From positions 206 to 64,205 of the forward strand of contig JAOATL010000001.1 in the NCBI GenBank assembly GCA_030158125.1: a stretch of 64,000 nucleotides of DNA. Reading direction: 5' to 3'. The position numbers were made by a program, and so were the translations under genes. The notes beneath the pieces were generated by a model. It saw nothing but the letters and a program-made list of their open reading frames with translations. It was not told the origin of the DNA and searched no databases. The stretch is from Limnohabitans sp. (lineage in GTDB: Bacteria > Pseudomonadota > Gammaproteobacteria > Burkholderiales > Burkholderiaceae_C). Of the stretch, positions 7,208-17,575 are shown piece after piece (positions within the stretch are counted from its first letter, which is position 1; each line of letters starts with the position of its first letter).

Positions 7208-9121
7208 TCAAGATCCAACGATACCGCCATCGATTTTTCGAATGGCCACTAAAGATGATCGTGGGCGCCCATTGGTCGCATAGTCAGGCCAATTGGAATA
7301 TTGGGTGGGGTTGGCAGGATCGCTTCGATCGGATGGCGTCTCCCCGGGGTGTTGAATGCTGACAAACATGGTGGTGCTGTCCGGGGTTAAAGCAACGCCC
7401 GTCACCTCACAGTTGGTTGGCCCTGTTAAAAATCGCCGGGTTTCGCCCGTAGCGGTGTCACAAGCCAACATTTGATTGTTACCAATCCGCGCCAACTCAC
7501 CTTTGTACATTTGTGTTGCATGAGCATCGGTTTGAATCCACAGAACACCTTGCTTGTCAAATGTGATGCCATCTGGACATGCGTAAATATCGCCTTTGAT
7601 ATTGCCTTTTGCGTCGGTTCGCTGGTTGTTAGGGTCACCAGCCAAAACCAAATGGTTCCATTCAAATGTGCGACCGTCAAAATCATTCTCATCCTTCCAT
7701 CGAATGATCTGTCCCATCACGTTATTTGTCCTAGGGTTTGCTGCATCGACACCAGGTCTGCCAGGGGCACCTCGTTGGCTGTTGTTTGTCAGGGTGCAAT
7801 AGACCCAACCAGATTGTGGATCAATGGTGAGCCATTCAGGACGGTCCATTTTGGTAGCGCCTAACAAGTCACTGGCTTGTCTTGATTTAATGAGCACTTC
7901 ACCTTGATCTGCAAATCCGTTGGCGGCAGTGAGAGGGCCTTGGCCATGCACCATGGGAATCCATTGGCCTTTGCCATTGGCATCAAACCTTGCGACATGC
8001 AACACGCCATGGTCTAGCAAATCTTTGTTGGCCTGAGCCTGAGTCATGCCATTGCCAGCTTGTTTAATTTTGTCGCGACTGACAAATTTATAAATGTACT
8101 CAAAGCGCGCATCTTCGCCTGAATAAACAACGGCTCTACCATCTTTTGTAACACCCACCCAAGCACCTTCGTGCGCAGCGCGACCCAATGCCGTCCGTTT
8201 GACAGGTGTGCTGTTTGGATCCATAGGGTCCAATTCAACCACCCATCCGAATCGGTGAAACTCATTTGGATTTTTTTGCAAATCAAATCTTGGGTCATGC
8301 TTGTCCCAAGCGTAAAAACCAGACTTGGGTGCCCCCCAGCGTTGTTGATCTTTGGTCGGCTTGTCTCCTGCTCCAAAATAAAAAGCAAAGTTTTCTTCAC
8401 CAGACAGATAAGTGCCCCAGGGCGTTTTGCTGCTCGCGCAATTGTTCAAAGTTCCTAAAACCGTAACGCCTTGTGGATCGGCCGATGTGCGCATCAAGGC
8501 ATGTCCTGCCGCGGGTCCAGCCACTCTAAAGGGTGTGCTCAACGTCACGCGACGCGCATAGGGCGATGGGCGAACCATGTCCCAACGGCCGTTTTTCATT
8601 TCAACTTCAATGACCGATAAACCATGCGCGTTTTGGGCTTTGCGCACCTTCTCTGGATTCATCTGGTTGAAACCGCCGACATGCAACAAGCCGTCGTCGG
8701 TGTACTCATGATTGATCGCCAGCAAGCCGCGAGTCGAACCTTGCAAAGGAAAAAACGCCAAACCATCGTGGTGCATGCCCATTTGCACAGCCTGATCTTC
8801 TGCCGTGTTGCTGCCATCCATTTTGAAGGCAGGCATACGACCTGCTATGCCCACGGGCTCACCCCAAGGGGCCAAAGGCATCGCCGTGTAGCCTTCTGGC
8901 ACGACCAACTTATCGCCCATACCAGCTGGAATGGGCTTGAATCCAAGTTTCTTTTGAGGTCCTGAAAGCACTGCGCAGCCCGCCAAGGGCGCCATGACCG
9001 ATGCCAATGAAACAACAACGCCGCCTTTTAGAAAAGCCCTTTTAGAAGTTTCAATCACCTCATGAATGCTTAGATTTGAAGAGAGGTTACTGTCTTCCAT
9101 CACACTAAAGTCTTTGGCCAT
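7208..9121 (-). CDS. phoX: PhoX-family alkaline phosphatase, probable Tat lipoprotein
   Basis: MGMHHDG, NHEY, NNCA, TPWGTYLSGEEN, GRAAHEG, MDRPEW, CPDGI, CEVTG, SIQHPGE; lipobox LAGC. Confidence 0.95.
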   Translation of the reverse strand: MAKDFSVMEDSNLSSNLSIHEVIETSKRAFLKGGVVVSLASVMAPLAGCAVLSGPQKKLGFKPIPAGMGDKLVVPEGYTAMPLAPWGEPVGIAGRMPAFKMDGSNTAEDQAVQMGMHHDGLAFFPLQGSTRGLLAINHEYTDDGLLHVGGFNQMNPEKVRKAQNAHGLSVIEVEMKNGRWDMVRPSPYARRVTLSTPFRVAGPAAGHALMRTSADPQGVTVLGTLNNCASSKTPWGTYLSGEENFAFYFGAGDKPTKDQQRWGAPKSGFYAWDKHDPRFDLQKNPNEFHRFGWVVELDPMDPNSTPVKRTALGRAAHEGAWVGVTKDGRAVVYSGEDARFEYIYKFVSRDKIKQAGNGMTQAQANKDLLDHGVLHVARFDANGKGQWIPMVHGQGPLTAANGFADQGEVLIKSRQASDLLGATKMDRPEWLTIDPQSGWVYCTLTNNSQRGAPGRPGVDAANPRTNNVMGQIIRWKDENDFDGRTFEWNHLVLAGDPNNQRTDAKGNIKGDIYACPDGITFDKQGVLWIQTDAHATQMYKGELARIGNNQMLACDTATGETRRFLTGPTNCEVTGVALTPDSTTMFVSIQHPGETPSDRSDPANPTQYSNWPDYATNGRPRSSLVAIRKIDGGIVGS

Positions 9122-9319
9122 GGTCCATCAAATTGAAATAAACATTCCTAACCTTAACATTTGCAGAAGTAATTTGGGTCAGGCACTAGGGTTTGTATCA
9201 ATGCACGTACTGCGTTTAGGCATCAAAACTTTTATCTGTAACTGGGTCAAGCCAAGGTCGAGGGGCCATTAAAAGAACCCCGAGTAATCGTTCAGGGCAT
9301 TTGTCATTGTTCAAACAAA

Positions 9320-10678
9320 TCAAAGTTCCAACATGGTTTTCAAGAATGCGCTTTTCCATTCCATTTTTTGTTGAATACATTTTTTACCCGCCACAAATAA
9401 ATTGCGAACTTCAAATGAAGGCGTAGAAAAAATCATTGCATCCATCAAACGTTCAACCGGCACACCCAGCAGCGCATGCGAATCCAAGTCAATTTCTACC
9501 AAGTCTGCACGTTGGCCTAAAGCGATACCTGACAAAGGCAAACCAGCAGCCTGTGAACCGCCTTGAACGGAATTTTCAAACAACACTTGACCCGTTGAGC
9601 CGAGCCCATTGAGATGCAGCAAACTGACATTGCGTTTGCGCAATGACAATCGACATCCGTACTCTAGCAAACGAAGTTCTTCAGCCCAATTGCGGTTGAC
9701 ATGACTGTCTGTACCAATAGACCATCGCATTTTTTGAAGAAGGCCTTCGGGTAGATCAAATAAACCATCACCCAAGTTTGCTTCAGTGGTGGGGCACAAA
9801 ACGACAGAAGCTTGCTGCACTTGGATGCCTCTTATTTCTGGAACGGAGGTATGTGTGGCGTGAACCAGATTCCACCGCGCATCCATATTGGCGTGCGCAA
9901 GCAACCATTCAACTGGGCGCAGACCTGTGTGCGCAACACAATCTGCAACTTCCTTCGTTTGCTCGGCCACATGAATGTGCACTGGTGCAGTACCACTACT
10001 AGAAGTTAAGTTAAGAATCTCTATTTCAGCAACAGCTCTAAGCGAATGAATTGCAACACCAGAGGTCAAGCAAGCTTGCTTGCCGCTTGCGTTGGCATAC
10101 TCAATGACGGATTGCTGTATGCCCAGAATAGACTCTGGCGTGGAAGCAAACCTCCTTTGCATAGAGTTCAAACCAGGCTGACCAAAGCCCTGATTCATGT
10201 AGAGTGTAGGCAGCATGGTTAAGCCAATACCCACCTTTTCAGCAGCGCGAACCAAGGCCCAAGTCATCTCAGCAGCATCGGCGTAATTTTGCCCATCTGG
10301 GTTGCGATGCAAATAGTGAAACTCACAGACATGTGTATAGCCGCTTTGCAGCATTTCGCTATAAAGCCACGTGGCGATTGCCTCCAAATGATCAGGCCCA
10401 ACGCGCAGCGCCACTCGGTACATGCGATCACGCCAACTCCAAAAATCATCACCAGATTGCGAACTGTGTTCAGTCAATCCAGCAATGGCTCTTTGAAACG
10501 CATGGCTGTGCGCATTCACCAGGCCTGGTACGACACACCCAAGCTGCTCGGCACCAGAAGTCTCTGCCGGGGCTGCATTCGGCTGAATACGCTTCCAGAA
10601 ACCCTGCGTATCCGACTCTAAAAGTACATTGGCAGCCCAGGCACCATCAACCCAAGCCCAGTTCGCTTTGTATTTCAT
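9320..10678 (-). CDS. hutF: Formimidoylglutamate deiminase
   Basis: PGLVNAHSHAFQRA, DDFWSWR, EFHYLH, HSLRAV, HVAEQ, CPTTEANLGDG. Confidence 0.95.
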   Translation of the reverse strand: MKYKANWAWVDGAWAANVLLESDTQGFWKRIQPNAAPAETSGAEQLGCVVPGLVNAHSHAFQRAIAGLTEHSSQSGDDFWSWRDRMYRVALRVGPDHLEAIATWLYSEMLQSGYTHVCEFHYLHRNPDGQNYADAAEMTWALVRAAEKVGIGLTMLPTLYMNQGFGQPGLNSMQRRFASTPESILGIQQSVIEYANASGKQACLTSGVAIHSLRAVAEIEILNLTSSSGTAPVHIHVAEQTKEVADCVAHTGLRPVEWLLAHANMDARWNLVHATHTSVPEIRGIQVQQASVVLCPTTEANLGDGLFDLPEGLLQKMRWSIGTDSHVNRNWAEELRLLEYGCRLSLRKRNVSLLHLNGLGSTGQVLFENSVQGGSQAAGLPLSGIALGQRADLVEIDLDSHALLGVPVERLMDAMIFSTPSFEVRNLFVAGKKCIQQKMEWKSAFLKTMLEL

Positions 10679-11478
10679 AGATTCAATGATTTAACTTGGT
10701 TCAGTGCCGCAAGCATCATCTTGTGCAGCAGGGGCTGAACTTGTGCTGCCAATTGGGGTTGGTAGTCATAAGGCGGCAGTTCGCTCATGTAGATAGATTG
10801 ACATTTTTCAAGTTGAACGGCATGAATGCCTCCTTGAGGATTGCCATAGTGACGTGTGATGTAGCCACCTTTAAAGCGTCCATTGAGAACATGTGTAAAT
10901 TGGTCTTGCTGTTCGCAGACGCTCATCACGGCCTGCCCAACAGACTCCGCAGCGGCCAAACCGTTTGCCGTACCCACGTTCAAATCTGGCAATTTGCCTT
11001 CAAACAGCCACGAAATTTCACCTCTGATGCTGTGCGCATCCCACAACAGAACATTAGAGTGCAATGAACGGAGCCTGCGCAATTCCATTGCAAGGGCTTG
11101 GTGATAAGGCTGCCAGTATGTTTCTAGGCGACGCAATTTTTCTGCGACATCTGGCTCGCGGCCCTCTTTGTAAAGCAAATCACCCGTGAAAAAGCGTGTG
11201 GGGCACAGCTCTGTGTTGGATGCGCCTGGATACATGGGCGCATCATTAGGGGGCCGATTTAAGTCAATCACATACCGAGAAAATACGGGCGTCAAAATAC
11301 TGGCACCCATGTCTGTTAAAAAATTGTACAAATGGTTCAAATGCCAATCTGCGTCCTCCACTAAATGCGCGCGTGGAACATAGTTAGGCTTTAACGCTTC
11401 TGGCAAGCTGGTTCCCAAGTGGGGCATGCTCACAAGTAAGGGCGATGTGCCTTGGTGCAAATAAAATGTCGGTGTCAT
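10675..11478 (-). CDS. hutG: N-formylglutamate deformylase
   Basis: SMPHLGT, DADWH, SRYVIDLNRPP, YWQPYH, WDAHSI, LPDLNVGT, NGRFKGGYITRHYG; start MTPTF at 11478. Confidence 0.95.
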   Translation of the reverse strand: MTPTFYLHQGTSPLLVSMPHLGTSLPEALKPNYVPRAHLVEDADWHLNHLYNFLTDMGASILTPVFSRYVIDLNRPPNDAPMYPGASNTELCPTRFFTGDLLYKEGREPDVAEKLRRLETYWQPYHQALAMELRRLRSLHSNVLLWDAHSIRGEISWLFEGKLPDLNVGTANGLAAAESVGQAVMSVCEQQDQFTHVLNGRFKGGYITRHYGNPQGGIHAVQLEKCQSIYMSELPPYDYQPQLAAQVQPLLHKMMLAALNQVKSLNL

Positions 11479-11480
11479 TT

Positions 11481-12719
11481 TTAAAATATGTGTGTGTTCG
11501 AAGTTGTTGCGCGAATCTGTCCGCCCCATACAGTTGACAAACACGGGTTGGATCCAAATGCATAGGCCAGCTCGGCGGGATGACTGACATCCCACAAAAC
11601 AAAATCGGCACATTGATTTGCAGACAATACGCCACGATCTTTCAACCCTAATGCCTGAGCGGCTATTCGAGTCACCCCAGCCAACGCTTCTTGTGGCGTC
11701 AAGCGCATGAAGGTGCATGCCATGTTCAACATCAGCAATAGAGATGTGCAGGGTGAGCTACCAGGGTTTGAATCCGTAGAGATTGCCATGGGTACTTTGT
11801 GTTGCCTCAAAAGCTCTATGGGCGGCAGTTTGGTTTCACGAATAAAGTAGAAAGCACCGGGCAACAACACCGCCACAGTACCCGCCCTGGCCATCGCAGC
11901 TGCGCCCTCCTCGTTCAGCCATTCCAAATGATCGCAACTCAATGCACCATACTGTGAAGCCAAGGATGCGCCGCGACTGTTTGTCAGTTGTTCTGCATGT
12001 AACTTCACAGGCAAATTCAATCGTTGCGCTTCTTTAAAGACTTTTTCAGTCTGTGCATACGTAAAACCAATTCGGTCACAGAAAGCGTCGACAGCATCGA
12101 TCAAACCTTCAGCCTTCAGGGGTTCGATCATGGCGACCACGGCATCGATGTACGCATCTGATTTGTCTTGAAATTCTGGCGGTACGGCATGTGCCCCTAA
12201 AAAGGTATTTTGGATTTGAACCAAGTTATCCTTTGCAAGTTGCCGTGCAACTCGCAAACACTTAGCTTCGTCCGCCAGTGACAAGCCATAGCCCGATTTG
12301 ATCTCAAGTGTGGTCACGCCTTCGTTCAGAAGATGGTTCAGACGTTTTTTCGCAGATTTGTAGAGTTGCGCTTCCGTTGCCAAACGTGTGGCTTCGACTG
12401 TAGATTTAATTCCACCACCAGCACGTGCAATGTCTTCGTAGCTTGCGCCATTCAAACGCAATTCAAACTCATTGGCACGGTGTCCGCCATAGACCAAATG
12501 TGTGTGGCAATCAACCAAACCGGGTGTTATCAGTGCATTGCGTGCGTCGTGTATCGCTGCACCATGACGGTATTGAGCAGGCATATCTGTGCGGGGCCCC
12601 ACCCATGCCAAATACTCACCCTCAATGACGAGCGCGCCATCATCAATCAAACCATAGTTAGCATCTTGGCCTGCTTGCAGGGTTGCAAGTCGTGCGTTTT
12701 CCCAAATCTCAAAACTCAT
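11481..12719 (-). CDS. hutI: Imidazolonepropionase
   Basis: TPGLVDCHTHLV, GGGI, EIKSGYGL, KLHAEQL, DHLE, DSNPGSSP; ATGA overlap with hutD. Confidence 0.96.
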   Translation of the reverse strand: MSFEIWENARLATLQAGQDANYGLIDDGALVIEGEYLAWVGPRTDMPAQYRHGAAIHDARNALITPGLVDCHTHLVYGGHRANEFELRLNGASYEDIARAGGGIKSTVEATRLATEAQLYKSAKKRLNHLLNEGVTTLEIKSGYGLSLADEAKCLRVARQLAKDNLVQIQNTFLGAHAVPPEFQDKSDAYIDAVVAMIEPLKAEGLIDAVDAFCDRIGFTYAQTEKVFKEAQRLNLPVKLHAEQLTNSRGASLASQYGALSCDHLEWLNEEGAAAMARAGTVAVLLPGAFYFIRETKLPPIELLRQHKVPMAISTDSNPGSSPCTSLLLMLNMACTFMRLTPQEALAGVTRIAAQALGLKDRGVLSANQCADFVLWDVSHPAELAYAFGSNPCLSTVWGGQIRATTSNTHIF

Positions 12720-13291
12720 GGTGAACACTCCATTTGAATCAACAGCACATGCATGTCATGGAATTCGATCTGAACGTCCTGCTCAAGTGTGACCCAATAC
12801 AAAGACATTTTGTTCAATTCTTGTCTTTGTTGATTGAGCACGAAATGTCCTCCTTCTTCTACAACAAAGACAGCCAAAGTGGTTTTTGCCTTGAATTTTT
12901 GGGCAAAAGTTAAGCGGTTGATCCGGGCCATGTTGGCTGTTGCACCCTGAACCATGAGATTGAAATCCAGGGTGGGACCGGCTGTGAGAGAACAATCACA
13001 GGGCGTATCGCCGGAGAACTGAATGACGGGATCCAAGGGCCCTAAGTCAATTTTATGATTGGGAAACGCCAGAGTAACACCGGCACCGTTGAGTACAGCA
13101 AACCACCGGTCTACGCCTTTGAATTCAGAAAACGGCCCATCGCTGTCAATCCGTGCGACAGACATTCTAAAAACCCATTCCGACGAATTAGGCCAACACA
13201 CCAAAGCTTGCGTAGTACCACCGCCATTTTTCCAGGGACTCGCGGGAACATCCCGAAGCCTTACTTCATGCCAATCTTGCAGGCGCGTCAT
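12716..13291 (-). CDS. hutD: HutD/Ves family protein
   Basis: PWKNGGGTT, R.SVA.I..DGPFS.F.GVDR, DFNLM. Confidence 0.93.
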   Translation of the reverse strand: MTRLQDWHEVRLRDVPASPWKNGGGTTQALVCWPNSSEWVFRMSVARIDSDGPFSEFKGVDRWFAVLNGAGVTLAFPNHKIDLGPLDPVIQFSGDTPCDCSLTAGPTLDFNLMVQGATANMARINRLTFAQKFKAKTTLAVFVVEEGGHFVLNQQRQELNKMSLYWVTLEQDVQIEFHDMHVLLIQMECSP

Positions 13292-13995
13292 TGAAAGGCA
13301 CCTTTAAAACTGTAACGACTAGCAGGATAAACAAGGCGAGCCAATGATGCGACCTGATTAGAACTGACAGTGGTTCGAACCATGACCAAACAGGCTTGTG
13401 ACGTTTTAATTTTCAAATGTTGTGCTTCCAAGTCAGATGGCAAAGCTGCTTCAATTGAATATGCCGCACTGGTGACCGGAACCACGTCCAACAAATGACG
13501 CGTAGGTGTCGTCTTAGAAAAATCAGTGGACAAATAGTGAGGCGCCAATTCTGGATTGACGTAGCGATCCTCAAATTGGAGTGGAACCCCATTTTCTAAG
13601 TGAACCATGATGGTGTGGAATAACAAACTTTTATCTGGCAGATTGAAGCAAGTCGAAAGCGCCTTGTTGGCCTTTATTTTCCCAACAAATATGACTTCTG
13701 TGCCGTGCACATGACCTCGTTCTTCAATCTCTTCTTGAATGTCACGAATTTCAAGCTTTGAAGAGACTTGGTCAATTTCAGCGACAAATGTGCCGGATCC
13801 CTGCACGCGCCTAACTACACCTTCTGCCATCAGTTCTCGCAGCGCACGGTTCACGGTCATGCGACTGACACTGAACTGGTGCATGAGCGCACTTTCGCTG
13901 GGCACAGGATCACCAGCAACCCATGCACCATTCTTGATTTTGGTGCAAATGAAAACTTTGACTTGCTCGTAAATGGGTACTTTTTCAAGATTCAT
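13288..13995 (-). CDS. hutC: Histidine utilisation repressor (GntR HTH + UTRA)
   Basis: PIYEQVK, PSE, VSRMTVNRAL, R.QGSGTFV, EDRYVNP; located in the hut cluster. Confidence 0.93.
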   Translation of the reverse strand: MNLEKVPIYEQVKVFICTKIKNGAWVAGDPVPSESALMHQFSVSRMTVNRALRELMAEGVVRRVQGSGTFVAEIDQVSSKLEIRDIQEEIEERGHVHGTEVIFVGKIKANKALSTCFNLPDKSLLFHTIMVHLENGVPLQFEDRYVNPELAPHYLSTDFSKTTPTRHLLDVVPVTSAAYSIEAALPSDLEAQHLKIKTSQACLVMVRTTVSSNQVASLARLVYPASRYSFKGAFQ

Positions 13996-14014
13996 ATTCT
14001 AGAGAATACTACGA

Positions 14015-14043
14015 TTGACAGAAGTTGTATAGACAACTAGGAT
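14015..14043 (+). promoter_or_regulatory. Sigma70 promoter of hutU with HutC operator in the spacer
   Basis: TTGACA (14015-20), 17 nt, TAGGAT (14038-43); palindrome AGTTGT-ATAG-ACAACT (14023-38) is close to the HutC TGTA-N2-TACA consensus. Confidence 0.85.
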
Positions 14044-14080
14044 GAACTTACTTTCAGTCAAATTGATAATCTTTTTCACC

Positions 14081-15784
14081 ATGACAGCCTCTACAAAAAC
14101 GAACCCTCCACTCAGAAAAGCACGCCCCGTCAGAGCACCACGCGGAACTGAAATCAGTTGCGCCAGTTGGGAAATTGAGGCAGCCTATCGAATGATTCAA
14201 AACAACCTCGATCCCGAAGTTGCAGAGAATCCCGATGAATTGGTGGTTTACGGCGGCATTGGAAAAGCAGCCCGAAACTGGGATTGCTTCGAAGCCATTT
14301 TGGAGTCGCTGAAAAAATTAATGCCGGATGAGACTCTGCTCATTCAGTCGGGTAAACCCGTAGGTATTTTCAAAACACACACTGGTGCACCACGTGTCTT
14401 GTTGGCCAACTCAAATTTAGTGCCCAAGTGGGCTACTTGGGAACATTTCAACGAACTCGATCGTGCAGGACTCATGATGTACGGCCAAATGACTGCCGGC
14501 AGCTGGATTTACATTGGCAGTCAAGGCATTGTTCAAGGCACGTACGAGACCTTTGTTGAAGCCGGCAGGCAACACTTCAATGGCGATTTATCGGGTCGAT
14601 GGATTTTGACAGCAGGCCTGGGTGGCATGGGGGGCGCACAACCTTTGGCCGCCACCTTTGCAGGCGCATGTTCACTGAACATTGAGTGTCAGCAATCGCG
14701 TATCGACTTTCGCTTAAAGACAAAATATGTCGACAAACAAGCCGCCACAGTTCAAGAGGCACTTGACATGATTGCATACCATACGGCTCGCAAAGAAGCC
14801 GTGTCTATTGCGTTGTGCGGCAATGCGGCCGAACTATTGCCTCAACTGGTTGCCATCGCCAAACAGGGCGGCATGCGCCCCGACATCGTCACTGACCAAA
14901 CATCCGCACATGACATCATTAACGGTTATTTGCCACTTGGCTGGACCCTAGAAGACTGGCGTGCAGCGCAAAAAGATCCTAGCCGCCATGCAGAACTCAC
15001 GCAGGCTGCAGGTGAGTCATGTGCCACTCATGTAAAGGCCTTGTTGGCATTTCATGAAATGGGCATTCCCACCGTTGACTACGGAAATAACTTAAGGCAA
15101 GTTGCCAAAGATTATGGTGTCGAGAACGCCTTTGACTATCCAGGCTTTGTACCTGCTTATATTCGTCCTCTTTTCTGCCAAGGCATCGGTCCATTTCGCT
15201 GGGTTGCACTGAGTGGCGACCCAGAGGATATTTTAAAAACCGACGCCAAAATGAAGGCGTTGTTTCCCCATCACAAGCACTTACACCGTTGGCTAGATAT
15301 GGCACAAGAGCGCATCAGTTTTCAGGGCTTGCCTGCGCGCATTTGCTGGATTGGCTTAGGCGAACGACATTTGGCAGGGTTGGCCTTTAACGAAATGGTT
15401 CGCAATGGCGAGCTCAAGGGGCCAATAGTCATCGGCCGAGACCATTTAGACAGTGGCTCTGTTGCTTCACCCAATCGAGAAACAGAAGCCATGATGGATG
15501 GCAGTGATGCTGTCAGTGATTGGCCCTTATTGAACGCGCTTCTAAACACAGCCAGCGGTGCCACGTGGGTCAGCTTGCACCACGGCGGTGGTGTCGGCAT
15601 GGGTTACTCGCAACACTCGGGCGTTGTCATTGTTTGTGACGGCACTCAGGCAGCTGATGAGAAGCTATCAAGGGTTTTGTTTAACGACCCCGCCACAGGC
15701 GTCATGCGCCATGCCGATGCAGGTTATGACCTGGCCAAAGAATCGGCCAAATTAAACAATTTGCAATTGCCTATGTTGATCTGA
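14081..15784 (+). CDS. hutU: Urocanate hydratase
   Basis: [55 protein letters not shown]; start placed downstream of the promoter at 14081. Confidence 0.97.
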   Translation: MTASTKTNPPLRKARPVRAPRGTEISCASWEIEAAYRMIQNNLDPEVAENPDELVVYGGIGKAARNWDCFEAILESLKKLMPDETLLIQSGKPVGIFKTHTGAPRVLLANSNLVPKWATWEHFNELDRAGLMMYGQMTAGSWIYIGSQGIVQGTYETFVEAGRQHFNGDLSGRWILTAGLGGMGGAQPLAATFAGACSLNIECQQSRIDFRLKTKYVDKQAATVQEALDMIAYHTARKEAVSIALCGNAAELLPQLVAIAKQGGMRPDIVTDQTSAHDIINGYLPLGWTLEDWRAAQKDPSRHAELTQAAGESCATHVKALLAFHEMGIPTVDYGNNLRQVAKDYGVENAFDYPGFVPAYIRPLFCQGIGPFRWVALSGDPEDILKTDAKMKALFPHHKHLHRWLDMAQERISFQGLPARICWIGLGERHLAGLAFNEMVRNGELKGPIVIGRDHLDSGSVASPNRETEAMMDGSDAVSDWPLLNALLNTASGATWVSLHHGGGVGMGYSQHSGVVIVCDGTQAADEKLSRVLFNDPATGVMRHADAGYDLAKESAKLNNLQLPMLI

Positions 15785-15845
15785 TTTTTTCTGATTCATT
15801 TTCCCGCCGTATTTTTTTTCATTTTTTATTTACCAAGGAGCTCGC

Positions 15846-16790
15846 ATGAAACAACTCGTTACCTTCGCTTTGGCCTCAACCCTAAGCTGTGTTGCACTCG
15901 CCCAAGAAACCAAAGTGAGCATTGCGCTCTCTGGCTGGACGGGGTTTGCCCCGCTGACGCTTGCCAAAGAAGCTGGCATTTTTAAGAAAAATGGCCTGGA
16001 TGTCACCTTGAAAAAAGTGCCACAAAAGGATCGTCATTTGGTCTTGGCGTCAGGCGATGCGCAATGCGCAGCCACTACAGTTGAAACGTGGATTGCTTGG
16101 AATGCCAACGGCGTTGCCACAACTCAAATTTTTCAGCTTGACAAGAGCTTCGGTGCCGATGGCATGGTTGTTAAAAACGACATTGCCAAAATTACAGACC
16201 TCAAAGGCAAAACAGTTGCAGCGAGCGCCCCTGGAACAGCCCCCTTCTTCACACTGGCCTGGATGCTGAAAAAAAATGGCATGTCGACCAAAGACGTCAA
16301 GATTGTGAACTTAGAGCCACAACCAGCAGCCAACGCAATGATTGCAGGCAATGCTGGCATTGACGCCGCCATGACGTATGAGCCCTACCTTGGCGCTGTG
16401 CGTGCAAAGCCTGAAGCCGGCAAGATCATTGCCACAACACTTGACTACCCCATGATCATGGACACCTTCGGCTGCGTGCCTAAATTCTTGTCTGACAATC
16501 CCAAGGCTGCAAAAGCCATTGCAGACAGTTACTTCGAAGCCATTGAAATGATCAGCAAAGAACCTAAGAAAAGCTTTGCGATCATGGGAGCTGATGTGAA
16601 ACAAACTGGAGAGGCATTTGAAGCCAGTCAGAAGTATTTGCGCTGGCAAGATCGTGCTGCAAATCTGAAGTTTTTCAGTGGCGAGCATGCGCAATTCAGC
16701 AAAGAAGCGGCAGATTTACTTTTAGAAGCAGGCATCATCAAACAATTACCCGACATGAGTAAATTGGCTGATACGCGCTTTATCAAATAA
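15846..16790 (+). CDS. NitT/TauT-family ABC substrate-binding protein
   Basis: Signal peptide; SGWTGFAP, GADG...K.DI..I.DLKGK.VA; AAGGAG RBS. Confidence 0.88.
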   Translation: MKQLVTFALASTLSCVALAQETKVSIALSGWTGFAPLTLAKEAGIFKKNGLDVTLKKVPQKDRHLVLASGDAQCAATTVETWIAWNANGVATTQIFQLDKSFGADGMVVKNDIAKITDLKGKTVAASAPGTAPFFTLAWMLKKNGMSTKDVKIVNLEPQPAANAMIAGNAGIDAAMTYEPYLGAVRAKPEAGKIIATTLDYPMIMDTFGCVPKFLSDNPKAAKAIADSYFEAIEMISKEPKKSFAIMGADVKQTGEAFEASQKYLRWQDRAANLKFFSGEHAQFSKEAADLLLEAGIIKQLPDMSKLADTRFIK

Positions 16791-16795
16791 GAAAC

Positions 16796-17572
16796 ATGCG
16801 CCCATTGCAACCTGTATCACCTGGCGCCAAAGTGGCGCTGGGTATTTCATTCTTTGTTGTGTTCTTCGCTGTGTGGGCATTTGCCACATTGGGGGGCTAC
16901 GTTTCAAAGACATTTTTGGCTGATCCGATCACGATGGTCAGATCGGGTATTGATCTCTTGGTCAACCAAGGATTTGGATTTGACATTGGCATGACTGTTT
17001 GGCGTGTGTTGGGCGGCTTTTTTATAGCGGCCATTCTGGCCATTCCAATTGGTGTTTTGATGGGCGCCTACAAACCCATCGAAGCATTTTTGGAGCCCTT
17101 CGTCAGCTTTGCCAGGTACCTTCCTGCTTCTGCCTTTATTCCACTCCTCATTTTGTGGGCAGGCATTGGTGAAACTCAAAAATTAGCGGTCATCTTCATT
17201 GGATCATTCTTCCAATTGATCCTGATGATTGCGGTCTCTGTGGGCAACACCCGGCGTGATTTGGTTGAAGCCGCTTACACGCTTGGCGCAAAAGACAGCG
17301 GTGTCGTAACACGCGTGCTATTACCAAGTGCATCCCCAGAATTGGCCGAAACCTTGAGAATGGTTTTGGGTTGGGCATGGACTTATGTCATTGTGGCCGA
17401 GCTCATTGGCGCTTCAAACGGCATTGGTCACATGATCACCGATAGCCAAGCTTTAATGGCCACTGATCAAATTATTTTTGGAATCATCGTCATTGGCTTG
17501 ATCGGCTTGATCACAGATATTGCCTTCAAATCCTTCAACCGGTGGCTCTTCCCATGGGCACGTTTAAGTTAA
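16796..17572 (+). CDS. NitT/TauT-family ABC permease
   Basis: RYLPASAFIPLLILWAGIGE, LVEAAYTLGA, W..VIVAELIGA..GIG. Confidence 0.92.
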   Translation: MRPLQPVSPGAKVALGISFFVVFFAVWAFATLGGYVSKTFLADPITMVRSGIDLLVNQGFGFDIGMTVWRVLGGFFIAAILAIPIGVLMGAYKPIEAFLEPFVSFARYLPASAFIPLLILWAGIGETQKLAVIFIGSFFQLILMIAVSVGNTRRDLVEAAYTLGAKDSGVVTRVLLPSASPELAETLRMVLGWAWTYVIVAELIGASNGIGHMITDSQALMATDQIIFGIIVIGLIGLITDIAFKSFNRWLFPWARLS

Positions 17573-17575
17573 AAA

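Noticed and set aside
9122-9319. Pho box upstream of phoX
   Set aside because: TAAC-containing repeats lack 11-bp periodicity and match the consensus poorly.
11479-11718. 80-aa N-terminal extension of HutG in the ORF track
   Set aside because: Overlaps hutI in another frame; homology begins at MTPTF (11478).
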